Below are positions 53,670 through 64,000 of a stretch of 64,000 nucleotides of DNA, piece by piece. The notes below the pieces were generated by a model. That model saw nothing but the letters and a program-made list of their open reading frames with translations, did no database searches and was not told the DNA's origin. The DNA lies in assembly GCF_009914755.1 (NCBI RefSeq), contig NC_060939.1. One strand, written 5' to 3'. The position numbers and the translations under genes are program-made. The stretch's first letter is position 1. Each line of letters begins with the position of its first letter. This DNA comes from the human T2T-CHM13v2.0 reference genome, Homo sapiens.

Positions 53670-56451
53670 TTAAGCCGCGGTGCGGAGAGCGCAGGGAGAG
53701 CGGATGGTCCGACCCCGGAGCCCCCTCTGCCGCCGCCGCGCCGCCGCCGCCCGAGCCACAGCAGCAGCTGCCGCAGCTGCCCGCCCGCCGAGAGCCATCC
53801 CGAGCCATAAGAGGCTCCATGTGACCGGCTGACATCACGGCCGCCGCTCTGTTTACACCGCGCCCCTCCGCTTCCTCCCGGGGCGGGAGGCGGGAGGCGG
53901 GAGGCGGGAGGCAGGCGCGCCCCAGCGCCGCGCCCCGCCCCGCCCCCGCGGGCAGGTGAGTAGCAGCGGCGGCTCTGCTGGCCCACCCCGGCCGGGCCTG
54001 CCCTCCCGCGCCCCGGGCCCTCGCCCGGGCGCCCGCCTTCCCCTCGCCTTCGGGATCACCTGTGGCCGCCGGTCGCTTTTCTGCACGCAGCGCCCCGCGG
54101 AACGCGCCTCTGACCACTTTCTGCCCCCACTCGGTGGGGCAAGAGGCTCGCAACCCGACGCCACTCTCCCGCTGGCTTGCCGGAGCACTCGGGGGCGATA
54201 AATGCGCCAGCTCGTTGGTGGAAAAGACAGGTTTGGTCTGGGGAGCTACGGTCACCCGCATTTCCTAGAGTGCCCCAGCTCTAATCGGAAGGTACGGCCC
54301 ACTTCTGGGCCGTGGAGAACGAAGCCACTGGGACCGTCCGGGGAGTGGAGTAAGCTCCTCCGAAGTCTTTCTGGAGAGACTCGGCCTGGGCGGGGGAACT
54401 CCGCCCACCCAACCCTTGGCAACCCTTGGATATTGGCAGTTATACCAATAACCAAGGTCCTGGTCTACACCTGTCCCCCCCAACCCCCTTCCCCGCGTCC
54501 AAGACCACTGATACCTGCAAGGAAAGCCGGAAATTGTATGTGAATCACCTAAATGAACTCCAGTTGCCAGCTGATTTGAGCCGCTAAATTCCCAGGCTCT
54601 TCCATATCTCTCCAGAGAACCCATCTACAAGTAGGAAAAGCTATCGTTTTCATACCCTAAAAATGAAACACTGTGGTAATTCTGACAGAAAATAAAGACC
54701 TCTGAAGGTGAACTTTGTACATTTTAACATGCGACTAAGACTTAATTCCCTCTAAACTTTGAAGCTTAATTCTTCTTACTGTCCTTACGGAACTGTAAAT
54801 CATGACGTTATTATTTTACAGGTCAATCTCTTTACAATGAATTTCAGATGCTACATACCCAGAGTCTGCATTGTTTAAAACTTTGGTCAGGGTGTCTATA
54901 GTACCGAGCATAACAGAAAAAAATTCTGAAAAGCCAAGTTTGCGTACCTATTGCGGTTCCTTCACGAAATTTCATTCTGCTTGCTTTTCTGTTGGTCTGT
55001 TGCCACGCACAACTTAAAATATCAGATGGCTATTAGCTGTTGCATTCATGATGATTAAGCAAGGATAATTCTAGCATATTTTTTTCTCCATGTAAGTGAG
55101 TTGCTCTTGCCCCTGAGTTGGGCCACAATTTAAAACACAAGCAAATAATCAGCACCGTAGAAAACAAGGATTCATACACTCCCTCCCCAGCCCCCTTTCA
55201 AGGCAAAATTGAGTCTTCCAAACATTTATACAGCGCTCTGATTTAGAAGGTCAATAAAGTTCGTTGTCCTTCAGTCAAGCCATGGCTTTATAAAAGTTTG
55301 ATTTCAGATAAATTCATTCTAATACAGCTTTTTTTCTTAAAGATTTTTCCCCCAAAAAAAACTACAAAGAAAAGAAATTATAAAAATGTGAACCCAAGAC
55401 CTACCCATGTTAACTCAGCTGTCCAGCCATAGCAAAGTGGACAAGAGTTTCAAATGAATCAGCCATACCCACTGTAATGTTTACAATTATGAAATTAAAT
55501 CACACCACGTTCCTATGATGCAACTATATCTCCCAATGAGGCAACGCCCCTCAGTTACACTGACACCATCATTCACATTTGGTTATTGATTTCCCTTGTG
55601 CTAACGACTAATGCCAAGCTATCCTATAAGCAGGTCCCAGGTACAATTTTCTTTCTTTTGTATCGTTAAAGGATGGAAAACCATCGGAGACTGCATCCTC
55701 GGAAGTATGTTCTTCCCTACTCAATGCAAGTGAACCCAGATATACAACTCGGATGATTCACAATGCTACTTTAAAACAGTATCCTGCTTTAGAAAACAAT
55801 GTTTTCAAAAGAACCAAATCTATTAGCTCTAGCGTGCCTTGTGAGACATCTGACTCCAAGGTGAATAATCTGACATCACTAGTAATCAGTATTTATTTCC
55901 AGATCATTTCAAATGAAATCAGTCATTGGGAACAACATGTAACATGACATCTGCTCCTGCAGTTATAAGTAGAATCATTCATTCTATAGATATGTCCCCA
56001 ATAGAAATATAATCTCAAGTACTTATCTGAAATATTTACACATTTATTCAACAAAGACATTTCCAGAATAATGTAATACTGACCTTGCCCTTTGGAGATG
56101 TACTTCATTCACTTCCTACAACTAATGAGCAACAGAATTTCAGATATGAAGTCCTAACCTTCCAATGTAGCTAGATGCTATTTGTAATACATGCCTCTAT
56201 TAAATGTCTTCAGCTTTTAACCCAGGTTATATTACTGTTCTTTATATTAACACAAAGCTCTTTGAGAGTAAAAACTATAGGCTGTTTTTTTTTTTTAACC
56301 ACTCAAAATGCACATTTTCTATGACATTATAAGGCCCCAACCAAACAAATCAGTCAGGAGTAAAAGGGAACATCTCCCATATTGAAGGGACATCTCCCTT
56401 CAATAATACCAAATTGGAGCCATAAATGATACATTTTAGCACAAACTTTTA

Positions 56452-56781
<330 letters not shown>

Positions 56782-58762
56782 TACAATCAAGTAGAAATAC
56801 AATAAAATATTAAAATGCAATAAATATGTAGGAATAATCGTTTGGATTTTATTAAATAAATGCTTATGAGTACCGACTGAGGGAGAACACAGTGCTAAGG
56901 AACATATTCTTTCTTTTTCTTTTTACCAAGTGTTCTGAAAAAAAAAAAAAAGTAAAGTAATATTGCTTACATGAAGATAATTAAACAGAATGGGACTTCT
57001 TTACCAGGAATGGGAGTTTGTTATATATTAATTTGCAGCTCAAAGGTTTCTGTTGACTAATCTCAGAAAAAGAAGGCACACAACATACTTATAAACACAT
57101 GTAACTCATCTCAGAGTCTCCCAGGATGGTCACAGCCCCACGTGGTGTTCCTGTGTGCTGGGTTCCACACTGAGTCTGCCACACAGTAAGAAAGTAGAGA
57201 GACACTTCTAATGCCAAGTTGTTCCCAAAAACACCTAGGGGAAAAGATGGGTGCATTTTTGCAGGAGTCTAGACGGTAGTATCACTAGTAAATTGGTGCC
57301 AGTCTTCCTATGTTACAGTTTAAATAAATGATACTTGACTTTATGAGCGTATATTTTGTTTTTCACCACACAAGTTCTGATCTCATAATTTGCCACCCCA
57401 AATCACAGATATAATGCTATTGGGGAGAATGACAAACCAGTGGACTGGCAAACTTATCCCGAATCTGCAAGTGGCTCCTAGGACAAAGGTGATTTCAAAG
57501 TTTGCTGATGCATGTGAGGCACAGCATTTTGGTTTTGTCTCACCCAGGCCCTGCGTCTCTCTCTCCAGTGTGCGTCTGCTTGCTAATTCAATTAATTTTG
57601 TTATAGCTGAACAAGAAAGGGATCAGTGAAAGGTTAATGTGGTCCTAGGCAGCTTGATTCAATGGAATCCTTAGCCACCACTGCACTGTGACCTTTAGGA
57701 GTTGAGCCATTCTGGTTGACATAGAGCCAGGGGACCAAGTTTCCTATAAACACAATAGGGTCAGACCCAGAGAGTTCTAAAGCAAGGATACTTGGGAAGC
57801 TATGGACACATCACAAACTAACCTAGAAGAGATCACAGCCTTGCTTAAATATGAGTCCAGAAGGAGCCAGTTTCTCATAAAGGAACACTTACAAATGGAG
57901 TAACACTGGTGAGACCCAGAAGCCAACAGTAAGACAAGGAACTCTGCTGTTTATGAGTATAAAGGGGGACGGGACAAGTGGATTAATGTGGTTTATCTGC
58001 CTTATTCATGATTTTAAAATGAATATAGATGTAGATTGAAATATGCATGTATGTATACATATGCATAGTTCATGAAATATCGTGAAATAGACTACATTTG
58101 GGTGGCAAGAGACACCTACACTTTTACACACTCACACCCACCCACACACACATACACATATTTCTCATAATCAGCCACACTTACTGAGTAGGTATTATGC
58201 TGACACTGTGATGGATAATCAAACAAGAATAAGACAGTAGCCCTGATTTTGAGAAGGTCACAAATCAGCTGACCTGTGCTCTGAAAACTGTAGAGTTCCG
58301 TGAGTCGGTCCAAACATTCCTAAAGGTGTAACATGTCTGGTTGCCCATTGAAAAGATGTTTGCGCAGCACTGTGCCACTCACTAACAGTTGATAGATGAC
58401 TGCAAATCATTAGTGTGGCTATTAGTGTAATGGGATGTTGGAGGTGAAAGATTTGACTAAATGGAGACAATGGTGCAGGGCTTCTGGGATTTCTGGAACC
58501 ATATATTTCATACACCTATTAGGAAATTCAGAGGACTGGCTTATGTTTTGTAATCACCACAATAAGGAAAAGGGTAAAGTTCACAGGCATACAGAGCTGA
58601 GCAACCTCCACAGAATAGGTGGGTGGCAGGTGCCTCACTACACACACACCAGTCAAGGCAGGAAGGGGAGAAATGCAAACCAAGGCCAAGAGGGACCTCC
58701 ATTCCTTTATGTCCCCATGCTGTGTCCTCACCCCATTCCTATACCTGGCAGTGGTACAGGAG

Positions 58763-58763
<1 letters not shown>

Positions 58764-58806
<43 letters not shown>

Positions 58807-58807
58807 C

Positions 58808-58878
<71 letters not shown>

Positions 58879-58909
58879 CATACATATATATACATATATA
58901 TATATATAT
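58764..58909. repeat. Compound (CA)n-(TA)n microsatellite
   Basis: About 20 CA units followed by about 100 bp of interrupted TA repeats. Confidence 0.95.
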
Positions 58910-59594
58910 GTAAGCAAACACAAGAAATACAAGTGAACTCAGAATCTGGAATCCTGGGTCCAGGATAGTTTCACACTTGTCATTAGCTTTCTACATCACA
59001 TCGGGCAAGCCATTTTACCTTTCAGGACACCAGGCCCCTCAACTGTAGCCTGATGGAGTAGGAACTGACTGCAACGGGCCCCTACCACTCGAACATCCTG
59101 TGACTGCTTTCAGAATCATTCCCCATCCACTTTTCGGGAACACTTTCTTCCCTTTCTCTATGCTGTGCCGTATCTGCTTACTTCTCCAAGAAGCCTTCTT
59201 TGTTTGCTTGAACTCCATGGTATGGTGGAATGGGCTTTGGCATTAGATGAAGTTGGGCTCAAAACCAACCTACATCCCACTCACTAGCTGTATGAGCTTG
59301 AGCAAACCTTTGTTTCACCATACGTCAAATAAGGAGAGTAGAGCCTTGTAGGGCCACTAGGAGGATTAAACAGTATACAGAAAGGAAAAAGTGATATCTC
59401 TCAGTAGAGCTTACAAGTGGAACTGCCATCACCACCCCATCAGCCCTTACATTGTTACACACACAGCACCTGTGCCTGACATAAAATGTTAACCCTTAAT
59501 CAAAATTTGTTGAAATGTTTCTCCGCATGCACTTTTGCTGAGCGTTCTACAATTTTGAAACTCGTGTGTGTGTGTCATGTATATAAAACAAGTA

Positions 59595-60029
59595 TAGTTG
59601 ACCCTTGAACAACACAGATTTGACATGTGTAGGTTCACTTATGTGAGAATTTTCTTCCGCTTCTGCCACCCCTGAGACAGTAAGACTAACCCTTTTTTCC
59701 TCCTCAGCCTACTCACTGTGAAGACAATAAGGATGAAGACCTTTATGACAATCCACTTCCACTTAATGAATAGTAAGCATAATTTCTCTTCCTTATGATT
59801 TTCTTCATAACATTTTATTTTTTCTACGTTACTTTATTGTAAGAATACAATATATAATACATATAACATACAAAATATATGTTAATTGATTGCCTATTTT
59901 ATTGGCAAGGCTTCTAGTCAACAGTAGGCTATTAGTAGTTAAGTTATGGGGGATTCAAAAGTTATATGCAGATTTTTTACTACAAGGGGGTCAGCACTTT
60001 TAAACCCTACATTGTTCAGGGATCAACTG
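59595..60029 (+). mobile_element. Tigger2a-like (TcMar-Tigger) non-autonomous DNA transposon
   Basis: TA|tagttgacccttgaacaa ... ttgttcagggatcaactg|TA: inverted termini, TA target duplication, about 435 bp. Confidence 0.85.
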
Positions 60030-60528
60030 TATTTATTAAGCACCTGCTAAGTATTGAGGACACAAAGATGGATAAGAATTAAATTGTCCATTGGCCTAAG
60101 AGGCCCTGTGGTCTAGCAGGCTTTTTATGTCTTATTTCCTATAGGAGAGAAAGTTCTCATCCAATGAGCAATGACTAAACACCTTCTGTGTGCATTACAC
60201 TGTGCTAGTATGTCGAGAGGAAAGGACAAAAATCAAGGTATCAGTCTATCCTCCAAGGAGCTTGCAATCTAGTAGGAAAATAAACGCAATGCTTATAATG
60301 TAAGGCAGAATGTGTGGCACATACTCGAAGTGTTCCAGAAATAAAGTGCCATGTAAGTCAAGAATAAGAGTGGTTACTATGTGCGGGGTTCATCTGAAAC
60401 TTTAAGAGAAGGAGGACTTCATGAAGGATATTTGAGCTAGACCTTGAAGGCCAAATCACATCTTGGTGGATAGAAGTAAAAATGAAGAGCCTCTTAGAAG
60501 GACGATAGAACACAGTTGTAAAAGTACA

Positions 60529-60830
<302 letters not shown>

Positions 60831-62119
60831 AGAACACAGTTGTAAAAGTACGAGACAGAAAATGCATTTCTCACTCAAGGAAACTAATAACGAGCATTTA
60901 CCAGAGATAAAATACACACAGATAAGAAGGGGAGAAAGCCCAGAATGTAGGTTGTAGCTATTTCTTCTGCCTTCCCTCACAGTGCCCAGGACAGAGCTCT
61001 GCAAACTATACACTTTCAGAGAATGATTTTTGAAAAAATAATTGGAGGTAGAAGAAGGGAATTGTGCTTCAGAAAATAAATCTCTTTGCAGCTTGCCTAT
61101 TTCATAGTCTTATTGTAAGGATTAATCGTTGGTTTGATAGTCATAAAGTTAAATTACACTTAATAAAACACATAGAGCAAAAGAGTTCCACATCACAGCA
61201 CACCAAGGAAGAATAAAACTGGAAATGGATGTTATTTCATCAGAGTGAAAAGCTAAGCAGAGCATTTTAGGATGAACAAGATAAATGGAATGTTATTTGA
61301 TTTTGTATCTCATCCATTTCAGTTCTGAAAATTATCTGAGACAGTTCTATTAATATAGATGCTTCATATATAGGCCATATTTTATTTTTTAAAGAACTAT
61401 CTTAAAAATATATTTTCAAATAATGGAGAAAAGATAAGCGGTTACAGATGGTTTTCCCTATTTTTGTCATGCATGATCAAGGACTGCAGAGTAACGTGGG
61501 CTTCATTGGGAAATCCAAATCTCGCAGCTAGGAGCGTTCCAGGAGCAAATGCTGGCATTATTTTGCTTTCACAGGGAAAATATGTTCCTGTTCAGTCAAG
61601 CAAAGTAATCAATTATTCTGCATTATGAAATACTCATTTTATAACTATTGACATTTCAGACAGTTGTGCCACATGTCAATAGTGGTTTTGATGCTCACAT
61701 TTAAGCTCCAGCTTATAGGATGGGATTCATCTGGGCTGACAGTGTCTGACCAGAAGTCTATTCTCTGCTCTCAGAAGTCCATCTATTATTTATGTCCAGT
61801 CCTACACTGTGGAAGTCTGTTGTGAGCGCTAAAACAAGAATAGATTTGGGTATTTTTTGTTTTAATAAAAAGGTTAAAATTTTCTCAATATGTTAGATCC
61901 ACATTTTAAAAAATCACTCTTCTCTTAAAATCTCTTCCTACATTTTGTAAGATGGAGGTAGATTAAATTAGGCATTCCAGTCAGAAGTTCCAAAATTCCT
62001 GTTAGATTTTTAGTATCTAGTAAAGCCTTGTGTCCTCAAAAATAATTTTGTGAAATCAAAATGGGTTTCCAATCATTATATAATACTGTTACTGTTGCTG
62101 CTACTACCTCTCCTACTGG

Positions 62120-62350
62120 TTAACTATTCCTTGGAACTTCCTGTGTGGCAAGCATTGATTTTATGCTCTTTTTAAAAATCATTTCATTTATGGAAAAACA
62201 TTCTGTACTTTTATTACATTCATTTTACAGATGAGGAAACTGGGGCACAGAGAAATTAAGTGACTTGTCCAGGAGGACAGGGCCAATAACCGGTGGAACC
62301 ATAAGAAAAAAATCCAGGTACACTGATTCTAGCATGTGCACTCCTAAACA
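62120..62350 (-). mobile_element. MIR SINE
   Basis: cattttacagatgaggaaactggggcacagagaaattaagtgacttgtcc MIR core. Confidence 0.8.
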
Positions 62351-64000
62351 TTATGCTGCAACTCTCAAAAATTGAATTAATTTTTCCTTCAATTCAGCAT
62401 TACTTAGTATTTCAAAAATAGCAAGCTGACTTCTCCAGAAATCAAGAAGTACTACCCTCATAACATCTAGGCATGTGTGCAAGAAATTCTTTTATCACTG
62501 GCTTCTATAATTGAGCAAGGTTAGCATGTGTCATTATGAATTATTGCACAATGTAGTAAATTATTTAATTACTACTAATGAGGAAACATACTGTACATGG
62601 TTGTAATTATTCTGTTGGAAAACAATGTTGCCATTTGTACATTTAAGAAACACTTGCTACATACCAAATTAACTCTTGAGGGAAGTTTATTTTGTATTTC
62701 GGAATAATCAAACAACTCTAAATGTTGTTAATGGATGTTAGATAGGATTACAAGGAAACTAAAAAATACACAAATCAAAGCTGACGTTCCTAAAAGACTC
62801 CAAACCAAAAACATCTGTTAAAAAGGTAAAAAAATAATGATTTCATAGTTCATGATATTCTACAGAAAAAGCACAAGATATATTTACTGTTTTTACTTTT
62901 CCAAATTGTTTCACTGCTGCTCTTTTCACAGTTTTTGCAACATATATAATATAGCAGTTTGTTCACCTACTTTAATCACCCAACAAATGGCTTTGATAGC
63001 TTAATAATCTTAAGCAGAGCCATTTATTTTCAATGTACTTTGAGTAAACTGTTATCTACGTTTATTAAGTGACTGTAGTTATGCATAGTCTTGTTATTTA
63101 TAAAAGAACACAGTACATACATAGCCCTGGGATGTTTTGACAACACATCTTAAGTAAAATATTAGTAAAATAATTTTCAAAATATAATAAAAGTGAGAAA
63201 GAGTGACTTGTTTGTGTTAGCTACAGTATACATTATTGAGAAACTACTGATATGCATTATTGAATTTGTTGTAAAGCCTTAAGTACGTAATAGTCTTGGA
63301 AAGCCCAACTCGCCCATTATTTCAAAGGTTAGGTACATGTTATATGGTGAAACTGACTTTCATAGACCAGAATGTAACGGTGATTTGATTTACAACATCT
63401 TTGCTCCTTGAAATATAACAGAGGTAATGTAGCAAAGCCATTATAAACAGGGAAGAATAAAAAAGGGAAATATCAGAGTTCAAGACACTCAAAGAGGGCA
63501 TTTGGTAAGTCTCTCTGCTTCCAAGGACACGAACAGTTAACTGTCTGTTTCTGACAGTTGCCTATCATTAAATAATCATATTCAAGCAAGATAAGTGATA
63601 TTATCATATTTGCTCTGTTGTCTTGTTTGTTATATTATCCCAAGGTCAGCTGCCATTAAACTGGGTAATCCAAATCAAACAAAAGTTTTGTCCTCTTATG
63701 AATAATGCATATATTGGAATCATATTATGATTTGCAGATTTCAGCACTTGTCAAAAAACTAGTAAGAAACTGTTTCCTGTCACCATGTTAGATTTAGGCG
63801 TAACAAAACAAGAGAAAAGAAAACATGTTTTATATGTTCAGAGAGATCGCTGCTCAGTTTGCAGTATAACATAAATTACTACATAGTGGTTATTTTACAC
63901 TAACAGTATTTTATCAACTAGAACTACTGTAAAACATATAGAGTGCTCTCTATTTTAATGGTATTTTCTGATGTCACCGTGTCAAACTAGAAGAATTGCA

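Larger units (their letters stand above)
52340..54500. promoter_or_regulatory. CpG island / RORalpha4 promoter and first-exon region
   Basis: Abrupt shift to very high GC and CpG density around the alpha4 first exon. It contains many GC boxes (GGGCGG/CCCGCC), forkhead TGTTTAC (about 53850-53856), CRE/ATF-like TGACATCA (53830-53837) and ETS CGGAAGTG (53032-53039). Confidence 0.92.

Noticed and set aside
52249-54624. Many overlapping 100-270 aa Pro/Arg/Gly/Ala-rich ORFs
   Set aside because: This reflects stop-codon depletion in a CpG island. Only the first 31 nt of ORF 52872..53669 are real coding sequence, ending at a splice donor.
58435-58968. ORFs with HT and IY dipeptide runs
   Set aside because: They are translations of the (CA)n(TA)n microsatellite.

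Overview
Human genomic DNA from inside the RORA gene (RAR-related orphan receptor alpha, chr15q22), which is transcribed on the minus strand. The identification rests on three short coding exons that I read directly and recognise from memory of the RORA isoform N-termini. These are the RORalpha4 first exon (MMYFVIAAMK, 53639-53669) in a CpG-island promoter at about 52.3-54.5 kb, and two RORalpha2-specific exons (19479-19560 and 18107-18182). The first of those two lies antisense inside a processed cytochrome c pseudogene (about 19266-20410), an arrangement that is already known. The shared DNA-binding-domain exons lie outside the window, below coordinate 1. The rest is intron containing about 16 Alus, MIR/L2 relics, two ERV-type solo LTRs, Charlie1a, Tigger2a, MER5/MER20, a CA-rich minisatellite and microsatellites. 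Nearly all ORFs in the supplied track are repeat-derived or chance. I found no convincing wholly new gene system. The best leads are: (1) the RORalpha2 exons would act as poison exons in alpha4/alpha1 mRNAs, with an ATGA stop-start overlap; (2) a strong-Kozak in-frame uORF stops directly against the RORalpha4 ATG; (3) a perfect plus-strand splice donor suggests a spliced divergent transcript; (4) the pseudogene has a nested fold-back at its 3' end; (5) a liver-type motif cluster contains three NR5A-like sites spaced 11 bp apart.
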